This document shows, in pieces, positions 10,722 to 19,653 of a stretch of 64,000 bases of DNA. The translations under genes were made by a program, and so were the position numbers. The first letter of the stretch is position 1; the number at the start of each line of letters is the position of its first letter. The notes beneath the pieces are model-generated. The model was not told where the DNA came from. It saw nothing but the letters and a program-made list of their open reading frames with translations, and made no database searches. This stretch comes from a virus, in the IMG/VR virus record IMGVR_UViG_3300020472_000019, positions 6,672 through 70,671 of that record. The stretch is one strand, 5' to 3'.

Positions 10722-12086
10722 ATGTCAGATACGCATAATGAATTAGACAAGTCTATTGAAGAGCTGGAACAAGAAGTTCTTAGGGAGCTTGAAGAGTCTG
10801 ATGATGTTTCACAGATTAAAAAGCAAGACGTAAAAACTAAGAAATCTTCCGAACCTTCAGCTGGTGGCGGACAAGCTGCCGAAGCAATGGACGAAAACCC
10901 AGAAGATTCTGGGAAAGAAGATTTGGGTGGTGCTACTCCAGAAGCAAAAGTAGAGAAAGGTGCTGATGAAGATCGTAATGAAAAAGCGATTGGTAAGAAA
11001 GCATCTGGTTCTGCAAAAGAAATTTCTGGTGACGCTCCTCAAAAATCAGAAGGAAAACCAATGTCAATAGTTAAAGGTCATGGTAAATCAGATGGAACGC
11101 CAACAGCAAATAAATCTCAAGCTATGGCTGCTGGTGACCAAGTAGATCATGATGGTGAAGAACTTAAAGAAGGTTCTAAATCATTAACTAAAGCACAACA
11201 TATTGAAAATATCTCAAAAATGAAAAAAGCAGATATTGAAGAAATGATTGCTGCTCACAGTAATAAACTTGCAGAAGCTGAAAATGCAGAATCCGAAGCA
11301 GAACTCAAGAAACTTGAAGATGCTAAAGCAGAGATTGAAGAAAAAATTAAATCAATCAATGTTAAGGAAGATGTTGATGCTCTTACAGAAGGTGAAGATC
11401 TTTCAGAAGAGTTTAAGACAAAAGCTGCTACAATTTTTGAAGCTGCTGTCAAATCAAAAATCCGTTCCGAAATTGAACGCATTGTTGAAGAAAGTAAATC
11501 TGAAAAAGAAGCCGAAATGGATGCTTATAAAGATGAACTTACTGAAAAAGTAGATACTTATCTCAACTATGTTGTTGAAGAGTGGACAAAGGATAATGAA
11601 CTTGCCATTGAACGTGGTCTTAAAGGTGAAATCGCTGAAGATTTCATTGGTGGACTAAAACAATTGTTTGAAGATCATTACATTGATATTCCAGACGAAA
11701 AGTATGATGTTCTGGAAGCACAATCCGAAAAGATTGCTGAGTTAGAAGAAAAACTCAATGAAACTATTGAGAAGAATAAGGACTTACATAGTTCTAATTC
11801 TAATCTTGTACGTGAACAGGTTATGTCCGAAGTTTCTGAAGACTTAGCCGATACAGAAGTTGAAAAGTTTAAAGACCTTTCAAAAGATGTAGAATTTTCA
11901 TCCGAAGATAATTTCCGTGAGAAACTTAATACTCTCAAGGAAAGTTATTTTCCGAAAATGACTGCCTCAGAAGATAGTTCTACAGCTTCTGATGATGATG
12001 AAAACACTGGCCTCGCACAGGACATAGATACGACAGATGCTATGAAGGCATATATGTCTGCTATCAGTCGTGTCAAGAGTGCATAA
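10722..12086 (+). CDS. gp22: Prohead core scaffold protein gp22
   Basis: LSEEFKTKAATIFEAAV, YLNYVVEEW and LKESYF motifs; acidic coiled coil with a long N-terminal extension. Confidence 0.93.
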   Translation: MSDTHNELDKSIEELEQEVLRELEESDDVSQIKKQDVKTKKSSEPSAGGGQAAEAMDENPEDSGKEDLGGATPEAKVEKGADEDRNEKAIGKKASGSAKEISGDAPQKSEGKPMSIVKGHGKSDGTPTANKSQAMAAGDQVDHDGEELKEGSKSLTKAQHIENISKMKKADIEEMIAAHSNKLAEAENAESEAELKKLEDAKAEIEEKIKSINVKEDVDALTEGEDLSEEFKTKAATIFEAAVKSKIRSEIERIVEESKSEKEAEMDAYKDELTEKVDTYLNYVVEEWTKDNELAIERGLKGEIAEDFIGGLKQLFEDHYIDIPDEKYDVLEAQSEKIAELEEKLNETIEKNKDLHSSNSNLVREQVMSEVSEDLADTEVEKFKDLSKDVEFSSEDNFREKLNTLKESYFPKMTASEDSSTASDDDENTGLAQDIDTTDAMKAYMSAISRVKSA

Positions 12087-12098
12087 ATTATAAACTTT

Positions 12099-12106
12099 TA
12101 TAAATA
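12099..12106 (+). promoter_or_regulatory. Late promoter TATAAATA (gp23)
   Basis: Exact consensus upstream of the AAGGAG RBS of gp23. Confidence 0.8.
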
Positions 12107-12137
12107 AATGTAGAAATATAAAAAAGGAGAAACAAAA

Positions 12138-13505
12138 ATGTTTCAGACAGAACATCTACAAGAAAAGTGGTCGCCAGTCCTAAAGCATCCTGATCTACCA
12201 GAGATTCAGGACTCTTACAAGAGGGCAGTGACCACTCTAATTCTAGAAAACCAAGAGAAGGCGCTTCGTGAAGATGCCGCTTTCTTGACGGAAGTAGCAC
12301 CAACTAACGCAACTGGTGGTAACGTAATGAATTGGGATCCTATCCTTATTTCACTCGTTCGCCGTGCAATGCCTAACCTCATTGCTTATGATGTATGTGG
12401 TGTTCAACCAATGACTGGCCCAACTGGTCTTATCTTTGCAATGCGAGCTCGTCATGCTTCAATGGACGGACAAGAAGCTCTCGTTGATGAAGTAACTTCC
12501 GATGCTGCTCAAGGTTTTTCTGGTGACTTTTCTAACCAGAACAAAGCTGGCACTATCGGTGGTGGAGATATTGGTGCTTCTGAAAGTAACCCTGCTGTAT
12601 TGAACGATACACCAGCTGGTACTTACACCGAAGCAACTGGTATGACTACTGGACAAGCAGAAGCTCTTGGTGACAGTGGTGGAAACCGTTTCGCAGAAAT
12701 GGCTTTCAGTATTGAAAAGTCAAGCGTTGTAGCTGTTTCACGTGCCCTCAAAGCTGAGTACACGATGGAACTTGCTCAAGACCTTAAAGCTATTCATGGT
12801 CTAGATGCAGAAACCGAACTTGCTAACATTCTTTCAACAGAAATTCTTGCTGAAATTAACCGTGAAGTAGTTCGTAACCTGTATATTACTGCTGTAAAAG
12901 GTGCTCAAAATAACACTACTGCAGCTGGTATTTTTGACCTTGATACGGACTCTAATGGTCGTTGGTCGGTTGAGAAGTTCAAAGGACTTATGTTCCAAAT
13001 TGAACGAGATGCTAATGCTATCGGTCAACAGACTCGTAGGGGTAAAGGTAATATGATTATCTGCTCTGCCGATGTTGCTTCTGCAATGAATATGGCTGGT
13101 ATGTTGGATCATACTCCTGCTCTTACTGCTAACCTTAACGTAGACGATACAACTACCACGTTTGCTGGTGTGTTGAATGGTCGTTATAAAGTGTATGTAG
13201 ATCCTTATTCTGCTAACGTAGCTAACTCACAGTACTATGTTGTTGGATATAAAGGTACTTCTCCATACGATGCTGGTTTCTTCTACTGCCCATATGTGCC
13301 TCTACAAATGGTACGTGCAGTTGGGGAACACACTTTCCAACCAAAAATTGGCTTTAAAACTCGTTACGGTATGGCTGCTAATCCTTTTGCTGCTGCTGGT
13401 GCAGCTGCAAATAACCATATTGGCGGTGGGTTTAATGATGATGCATCTCTTGATGCTAACACCAATGCCTACTACCGTAGGGTACAAGTCGCCAATCTTA
13501 TGTAA
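12138..13505 (+). CDS. gp23: Major capsid protein gp23
   Basis: LVRRAMPNLIAYDVCGVQPMTGPTGLIFAMR, RALKAEYTMELAQDLKAIHGLDAE and FQPKIGFKTRYG motifs. Confidence 0.98.
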   Translation: MFQTEHLQEKWSPVLKHPDLPEIQDSYKRAVTTLILENQEKALREDAAFLTEVAPTNATGGNVMNWDPILISLVRRAMPNLIAYDVCGVQPMTGPTGLIFAMRARHASMDGQEALVDEVTSDAAQGFSGDFSNQNKAGTIGGGDIGASESNPAVLNDTPAGTYTEATGMTTGQAEALGDSGGNRFAEMAFSIEKSSVVAVSRALKAEYTMELAQDLKAIHGLDAETELANILSTEILAEINREVVRNLYITAVKGAQNNTTAAGIFDLDTDSNGRWSVEKFKGLMFQIERDANAIGQQTRRGKGNMIICSADVASAMNMAGMLDHTPALTANLNVDDTTTTFAGVLNGRYKVYVDPYSANVANSQYYVVGYKGTSPYDAGFFYCPYVPLQMVRAVGEHTFQPKIGFKTRYGMAANPFAAAGAAANNHIGGGFNDDASLDANTNAYYRRVQVANLM

Positions 13506-13530
13506 TAATAAGAAAAGACTTATTAAACTT

Positions 13531-13558
13531 AGAGGGTGCTTCGGCACCCTCTTTTTTT
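13531..13558 (+). terminator. Rho-independent terminator with UUCG tetraloop after gp23
   Basis: AGAGGGTGC-TTCG-GCACCCTCT followed by a T run. Confidence 0.92.
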
Positions 13559-13561
13559 CTT

Positions 13562-13569
13562 TATAAATA
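13562..13569 (+). promoter_or_regulatory. Late promoter TATAAATA (gp3)
   Basis: Exact consensus directly after the terminator, only 5 nt before the gp3 ATG (near-leaderless). Confidence 0.7.
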
Positions 13570-13574
13570 ATTGT

Positions 13575-14189
13575 ATGGCTGAGAACAATTCCTTACAAAG
13601 ACAACCAACTAAGTTGGACTATGCAAGCCCAACTCAATTTAAATTCGTAATTAATCAACTTCCAAAAGTTGAATACTTTGTTACGGCTGCAAATGTACCA
13701 TCTATAGCAAATAGTAATGCTATTTTTCCAACACCATATAAAGAAATTCCAGTACAAGGTGACCAACTTACTTACGATAATTTAACTATTTCTTTTCTTG
13801 TAGATGAATATCTAGAAAATTATAGTAGTATTTTAGATTGGTTAGCTGGAGTAGGTTTTCCAGAAGATAGAAGTCAGTTTAGGGATTTTAGAGGTTCAAC
13901 ATCTACAACACCTGTTCGTACACAATCTTCTGTATCAAGCTTAGCTGCTGGTAAAATGCCAGATGTTGGAATTGCAGAACCAGCAACTTCTTCTAGGCCT
14001 ATGTATTCTGATATGACTCTTACTGTATTAAGTAACAAAAATAATCCAATAGTAGAAATTAGATTTGAAGATGCTTTTCCTGTAGCATTGGGTTCATTAG
14101 ATTATAATCAAAATGCAACTGATGTAGAATATTTGTCAGTAACAGCAGATTTTAAGTATAAGATTTTTAAGGTGGTAGCATTACCCTAA
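13575..14189 (+). CDS. gp3: Tail completion / sheath stabilizer gp3
   Basis: SPTQFKF..PKVEYF, FLVDEYLENY and FEDAFPVALG motifs; gp23-gp3-uvsY-uvsW synteny. Confidence 0.88.
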   Translation: MAENNSLQRQPTKLDYASPTQFKFVINQLPKVEYFVTAANVPSIANSNAIFPTPYKEIPVQGDQLTYDNLTISFLVDEYLENYSSILDWLAGVGFPEDRSQFRDFRGSTSTTPVRTQSSVSSLAAGKMPDVGIAEPATSSRPMYSDMTLTVLSNKNNPIVEIRFEDAFPVALGSLDYNQNATDVEYLSVTADFKYKIFKVVALP

Positions 14190-14190
14190 T

Positions 14191-14198
14191 TATAAATA
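14191..14198 (+). promoter_or_regulatory. Late promoter TATAAATA upstream of the uvsY leader
   Basis: Exact consensus immediately after the gp3 stop. Confidence 0.7.
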
Positions 14199-14302
14199 AA
14201 ACGAGCAGACACGATAAACTTTAACAGTTTTCACATTTTAGTCTTAGGACAATATAGAGATAAGAGAGTAATCAACTCTGCTCAACCTTTGAAGAGTATA
14301 TA

Positions 14303-14734
14303 ATGAAATTAGAAGAATTACAAAGTGAAGCAAAACAAGACCTTCAAATAATAGACCAAGAACGTCTAGACCAAGAATCATATAAAAATCAAAACATAAA
14401 ACCAAAGTGGTTGGAATACAGAACTAAGTATGACCAATTACTTATTATGTCAAAAGCAAATCATCAAAGAATGTACCGTGAAAAATGGGAGTACTATGGT
14501 GGTAAGGCTGATGCAAAAGTTTATGCAGCTAAACCGTTTGATCTGAAGATATTGAAAACTGACCTTCAGATGTATATAAATTCTGATGAAGATATACTAA
14601 ACTTGCAAGGTAAAATTGCATACTATGAGAGTATTATTAAATATATTGATGGTGTTATCAAGTCTATAGATAATCGTGGTTGGGATATACGTAATGCTAC
14701 AGAATGGAAGAAGTTTGAAGCTGGGATGGTGTAG
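14303..14734 (+). CDS. uvsY: Recombination mediator UvsY
   Basis: WEYYGGKA, PFDLK and NRGWDIRNATEW motifs; synteny. Confidence 0.9.
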   Translation: MKLEELQSEAKQDLQIIDQERLDQESYKNQNIKPKWLEYRTKYDQLLIMSKANHQRMYREKWEYYGGKADAKVYAAKPFDLKILKTDLQMYINSDEDILNLQGKIAYYESIIKYIDGVIKSIDNRGWDIRNATEWKKFEAGMV

Positions 14735-15279
14735 TGGATAAATTAACTGATTATATTGGATATTATGAAGATATTGTTCCAGATATGTTATCTAAACAGT
14801 TAATGTGGTATACTTTTGACTTTAAACCATCTAAGTTTGCAAATCATTATGGAGATGTGACAAAAGAAAGAAGTGAAGAACGTGTTAGAATGGATGATGT
14901 TTGGATTTCAGCTGAAAGTTCATTTCATAGAAAAATAGATAAATGTTTTGATAAAGTAATTGAAAATTATAATTATCCCCATTTGAATATAGAAAGAAAA
15001 ACATATTTTAGACTTCATCGTTATAGTGGTACTGGTTATATGTCAGAACACGTAGATAGTATTCATCACAGTCATAAGCAGAAATATGGATTTCCACATT
15101 GCACAGCTTTATTATTTCTAAATGATGATTATGAAGGTGGAGAATTTTTAGTAGCAAATAAAAAATTTAAAACTAAAAAAGGTTCTGCACTAATTTTTCC
15201 ATCTAATTTTATGTATCCTCATAAAGTAATGGAAATTACTAAAGGGGTACGTTGGAGCATAGTTACTTGGTTATTGTAA
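14734..15279 (+). CDS. 2OG-Fe(II) oxygenase (prolyl-4-hydroxylase-like)
   Basis: HVD, FLNDDYEGGEF, FPSNFMYPH.V and R.SIVTW motifs. Confidence 0.9.
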   Translation: MDKLTDYIGYYEDIVPDMLSKQLMWYTFDFKPSKFANHYGDVTKERSEERVRMDDVWISAESSFHRKIDKCFDKVIENYNYPHLNIERKTYFRLHRYSGTGYMSEHVDSIHHSHKQKYGFPHCTALLFLNDDYEGGEFLVANKKFKTKKGSALIFPSNFMYPHKVMEITKGVRWSIVTWLL

Positions 15280-16722
15280 ATGATTATATCAAAAAAGAAT
15301 GAAGTACATTTAATACTTTCAGATTTATCCCCCTCAGAACAACAAGAATTATCAGATTTTTTTACATTTGAAGTACCAAATGCAAAATTTATGCCTATGG
15401 TACGTAATCGTATGTGGGATGGAAAAATACGTTTATTTTCCCCTGCTACTGGTGAAATTTATGTTGGATTATTACCTTATATTAAAGAATATTGCAAATC
15501 TAAAAATGTTAAATATAGCATAGATAAAGGAGTAGAAGATGAGCGGAATGTTGTGGATACGATCGTTAGAGGCTTTATCAAAAGTCTCAAACCCAAGAGT
15601 AAAGGAAAAAGTCTCAAAATACGAGATTATCAAATTTCGGCTGTTCAGATGGCCATTGCCAGAAATAGGAGTCTTATTGTTAGTCCTACTGCTTCTGGTA
15701 AGTCACTTATAATATATGCATTAGTTCGTTATTATCAAATGGGTGGAAATAAGACGTTGATTCTTGTTCCTACCACTTCATTAGTAGAACAAATGTATAG
15801 TGATTTTGAAGATTATGGATGGAGTTCTGGTACATACTGTCAAAAGGTGTATCAAGGATATACAACAAAAATAACTAAGGATGTTGTGATATCAACATGG
15901 CAATCTATTTACAAGATGCCTAAAAAATATTTTGATCAATTTGATTGTGTAATTGGTGATGAGGCTCACTTTTTTAAAGCAAAATCTTTAACAAGTATTA
16001 TGACCAAGTTACACCAATGTAAGTATAGGTTTGGATTTACAGGAACACTTGATGGTACAGAAACACACAGATTAGTTTTAGAAGGACTATTTGGTTCTGT
16101 AGAACAAGTTGTTAGTACAAAAGAACTTATAGATAAAAAGACACTTGCTAATTTGAAAATAAAATGCATAACATTAAAACATCCAGAGAAAAGAGAAAGG
16201 ATGGATTATGCTGAAGAAATGGATTATCTTGTTTCGCACGAATCCAGAAATAGGTTTATTTTGGGGTTGTGCAATACTATTAGTGGTAACACTTTATGCT
16301 TGTTCCAGTTAGTAGAGAAACACGGTAAAGTTTTATACGAGGGAATGAAAGGAAGTGAAAATGTTTATTTCGTATATGGTGGTACAGATACAGAGCAAAG
16401 GGAAAAGATTCGTGGATTGGTTGAGGAACATAAAAACTCCACAACCATTGCAAGTTATGGTACTTTTAGTACTGGTATTAATATTCGTAACATTCACAAC
16501 ATCGTGCTCGCAAGTCCATCTAAATCAAAAATACGAGTGCTTCAATCCATTGGACGAGGTTTGCGTACATCATCAACTAAAAATTCCATTTTAGTATTTG
16601 ATATAGCAGATGATATTAGTTATAAAGGTAGACGTAATTTTACATTAAATCACTTTTTTGAAAGACTAAATATTTATAACGAAGAACAATTTAATTACGA
16701 AATTAGTAAGGTAAAACTATAA
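15280..16722 (+). CDS. uvsW: RNA-DNA/DNA helicase UvsW
   Basis: PTASGKS, GDEAH, TGT and QSIGRGLR SF2 helicase motifs. Confidence 0.95.
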   Translation: MIISKKNEVHLILSDLSPSEQQELSDFFTFEVPNAKFMPMVRNRMWDGKIRLFSPATGEIYVGLLPYIKEYCKSKNVKYSIDKGVEDERNVVDTIVRGFIKSLKPKSKGKSLKIRDYQISAVQMAIARNRSLIVSPTASGKSLIIYALVRYYQMGGNKTLILVPTTSLVEQMYSDFEDYGWSSGTYCQKVYQGYTTKITKDVVISTWQSIYKMPKKYFDQFDCVIGDEAHFFKAKSLTSIMTKLHQCKYRFGFTGTLDGTETHRLVLEGLFGSVEQVVSTKELIDKKTLANLKIKCITLKHPEKRERMDYAEEMDYLVSHESRNRFILGLCNTISGNTLCLFQLVEKHGKVLYEGMKGSENVYFVYGGTDTEQREKIRGLVEEHKNSTTIASYGTFSTGINIRNIHNIVLASPSKSKIRVLQSIGRGLRTSSTKNSILVFDIADDISYKGRRNFTLNHFFERLNIYNEEQFNYEISKVKL

Positions 16723-17162
16723 TGCAAACAGATGTTAGACTATTTAAATTAACAAATGGTGAAGACATTATTGCTCAAATAATTGAAAATAATAGTAATA
16801 CATATAGTGTTAATAATCCTTTATTAATGAAAGTACATACTAGAGTTACAAATGATGGTATACAAGAAGGCCTCCACTTAAGCAGATGGTTACAACCTTT
16901 TTGTGAAGAAAAAAACTTTACAATAGAAAAGACACACGTACTACTTTCTCAAGAAGTAAGTATAGGACTTTCTAAATATTATGAATATTCATTAAAAAGC
17001 TTTGAACGTGATGAAAAAGAAATTCTATTACCAGTTGCAAACCCTAGAACTGTAAAAGAATTAAAAGGCCCAGAGCCTACTAATAACGAATTAGAAGAAA
17101 TACTAAAAGAAGAAGAAGAAGAATTTCTATCTCTAGAAAGTCCATCTAAAGTATATCATTAA
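16722..17162 (+). CDS. Conserved T4-like hypothetical protein (Sm-like fold) between uvsW and gp55
   Basis: KLTNGEDIIA N-terminus and acidic C-terminus; synteny. Confidence 0.65.
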   Translation: MQTDVRLFKLTNGEDIIAQIIENNSNTYSVNNPLLMKVHTRVTNDGIQEGLHLSRWLQPFCEEKNFTIEKTHVLLSQEVSIGLSKYYEYSLKSFERDEKEILLPVANPRTVKELKGPEPTNNELEEILKEEEEEFLSLESPSKVYH

Positions 17163-17291
17163 CCCTGATCATAGATAAATATACAGGTTGTCAAGGGTAA
17201 AGTCAATACTCTTTTTTATTTTTTAAATGACTCTTGACAATTACTGTTGTCTGGTGTACTATGAATTTAATCTATACGTAAAGGAGATATA

Positions 17292-17828
17292 ATGGCTAGA
17301 AAAAAAGGTGCCCACTACGTAGATAACAAATTATTTTTAAGTGCAATGATTGAATGGAAAGATAAATGTAAAATTGCTGAATCAAACGGAGAAATAACAC
17401 CACCTGTAACTAATTACATAGGTGAATGTTTTTATAAAATTGCAAATCATTTATCTTTTAGACCCAATTTTATTAATTACACTTATAGAGATGAAATGAT
17501 ATCTGATGGTATAGAAAACTGTTTACAATATGTTAAAAATTTTAATCCAGACAAATCTAATAACCCATTTGCTTATTTTACACAAATAATCTATTATGCA
17601 TTTTTACGAAGAATTGCTAAAGAGAAAAAACAATCTCATGTAAAAAATAAAATAATAGAAAAAGCTAATGTAGAATTTTTTACTACAATGCCTAGTGATG
17701 AAAGAATTTATTCTATGCAAGGATTTGATCCAAATGCATTTTTACCAGAAGAAGATGTATATAAACCCAAAAAGAAAATAGTAAAAAAGAAAAAAGGTTT
17801 AGAGGAATTTATGGAGAAAGATACTTGA
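17292..17828 (+). CDS. gp55: Late-transcription sigma factor gp55
   Basis: HYVDNK, RPNFINYTYRDEMISDGIENC and NPFAYFTQIIYYAFLRRI motifs. Confidence 0.96.
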   Translation: MARKKGAHYVDNKLFLSAMIEWKDKCKIAESNGEITPPVTNYIGECFYKIANHLSFRPNFINYTYRDEMISDGIENCLQYVKNFNPDKSNNPFAYFTQIIYYAFLRRIAKEKKQSHVKNKIIEKANVEFFTTMPSDERIYSMQGFDPNAFLPEEDVYKPKKKIVKKKKGLEEFMEKDT

Positions 17829-18880
17829 AATTAGCCATAATAACCGATACTCATTTTGGTGCAAGAAATGATAATCTTAATTTCAACGAATATTTTTACA
17901 AATTTTATGATGATGTATTTTTTCCTACTTTAAAAGAAAGAGGAATTACAACTTGTATCCATATGGGAGATGTTGTAGATAGACGTAAGTATATCAGTTA
18001 TAGAATTGCAAATGATTTTCGTGAAAGGTTTGTTAATCGTTTTAAAGAAATGAATATTGATCTTCATATTATAATTGGTAATCACGATACTTATTATAAG
18101 AATACGAATGAAATAAATTCTATGGAAGAACTTGTTGGTTCTGATAGGTTTAAAATTTATACAGGCCCAGAAGTTGTAGAGTTTGATGGTACTCCTATTT
18201 TGTTTGTTCCTTGGATTAATTCAAATAATCACGAAATTTCAATGGATGCTTTAGAAACTGCAAATGCAGATATTCTTATGGGTCATCTTGAAGTAAATGG
18301 TTTTGATATGCATAAAGGACAACCAGCAGAAGGTAAGTTTGAAAAGAAACTTTTTCGTAGATTTGATACTGTATTCAGTGGTCATTTTCATCATAAATCT
18401 GATGATGGACAAATTTATTATCTTGGTACACCCTATGAATTATTCTGGAATGATTATCAAGATCCAAAAGGATTTCATATCTTTGATACTAGTACAAGAG
18501 AACTTGAACGTATTGTAAATCCACATACTCTTTTTGAAAAGATTTATTATAATGATGTAGATAATAATTATCAAAAACATGATGTATCAAAGTATAATGA
18601 AAAATATGTAAAGTTGATTGTAGTTAATAAGAAAGACTTATATCAGTTTGATATGTTTGTTGATAGACTATTAAAAGCTGATGCATATGAAGTTAAAATC
18701 ATAGAAGATTTTTCAGAGTTAGATGCAAAGAATGTATCAGATGATATTGTAGAAAATACAGAAGATACTTTAACATTATTGGAAAAGTATATAGATGAAT
18801 TAGATATTACTTTAGATAAGAAAAGATTAAAGAATACTATGAAGTCTTTATATAATGAAGCTCAAGATTTAGAACTGTGA
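17825..18880 (+). CDS. gp47: Recombination endonuclease subunit gp47 (Mre11/SbcD-like)
   Basis: TDTHFG, GDVVD, GNHD and SGHFH metallophosphoesterase motifs. Confidence 0.95.
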   Translation: MKLAIITDTHFGARNDNLNFNEYFYKFYDDVFFPTLKERGITTCIHMGDVVDRRKYISYRIANDFRERFVNRFKEMNIDLHIIIGNHDTYYKNTNEINSMEELVGSDRFKIYTGPEVVEFDGTPILFVPWINSNNHEISMDALETANADILMGHLEVNGFDMHKGQPAEGKFEKKLFRRFDTVFSGHFHHKSDDGQIYYLGTPYELFWNDYQDPKGFHIFDTSTRELERIVNPHTLFEKIYYNDVDNNYQKHDVSKYNEKYVKLIVVNKKDLYQFDMFVDRLLKADAYEVKIIEDFSELDAKNVSDDIVENTEDTLTLLEKYIDELDITLDKKRLKNTMKSLYNEAQDLEL

Positions 18881-19653
18881 TTGTAAAAACTGTTGATTGG
18901 AGAGTAGCTACATTATTTGTACAAGAAAGGCATTATTCACCAGTAATGCCAAAACTAACTAAGCATTGGTTAGGTACTTATATAGATGATAAATTGATTG
19001 GAATTTTAACTTTAGGATGGGGAACACGGCCTGTACATACAATTAGAAAATTATTTCCAGAATTGGATACAAAAGATTATTATGAGATAGGAAAAATGTG
19101 TATGGATGAATCTATGCCTCGTAATTCTGAATCACAGATGTTATCCAAAACAATAGAATGGATGAAAAAAAATACACCAGATAGAAAATATCTCTACACT
19201 TGGGCAGATGGCATAGTTGGAAAGCCTGGGTATGTTTATCAATCTGCTAATTTTCTTTATGGTGGATTTATTTGGAGTGATGTATATGTTACAGAAGAAG
19301 GTGAAAAGATACATCCTAGAACTATGGGTAAATATATTAAAGGTGCAAGGCCAACTTTTGAAGAACGTAAGGAATTAAATATTTCTAGTGTATTTGGAAA
19401 ACAGTTTAGGTATATTTACCCATTAAATAAAAAGGCAAGAAAATATTTGAAACAATCAACGTGTGAATGGAATACTAATTATCCTAAAGATAAAGATTTA
19501 GGATGGAAAATAAAACCAGTAGGTGAAAAGAGTTATGTTTATTCTGATACAATACCATTTGATTATGATGGTTCTAATACAAAATTTAATTCTCAAAATG
19601 TAGATAAAGTATCAGTAAAGTATGGAGTTGGAAATTTGGAGGCTTTTCTTTGA
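18877..19653 (+). CDS. Mom-like (GNAT-fold) DNA modification protein
   Basis: RHYS, PRNSESQMLS and TWAD...GYVYQSANF.Y.G motifs resemble Mu Mom-family proteins. Confidence 0.7.
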   Translation: MIVKTVDWRVATLFVQERHYSPVMPKLTKHWLGTYIDDKLIGILTLGWGTRPVHTIRKLFPELDTKDYYEIGKMCMDESMPRNSESQMLSKTIEWMKKNTPDRKYLYTWADGIVGKPGYVYQSANFLYGGFIWSDVYVTEEGEKIHPRTMGKYIKGARPTFEERKELNISSVFGKQFRYIYPLNKKARKYLKQSTCEWNTNYPKDKDLGWKIKPVGEKSYVYSDTIPFDYDGSNTKFNSQNVDKVSVKYGVGNLEAFL

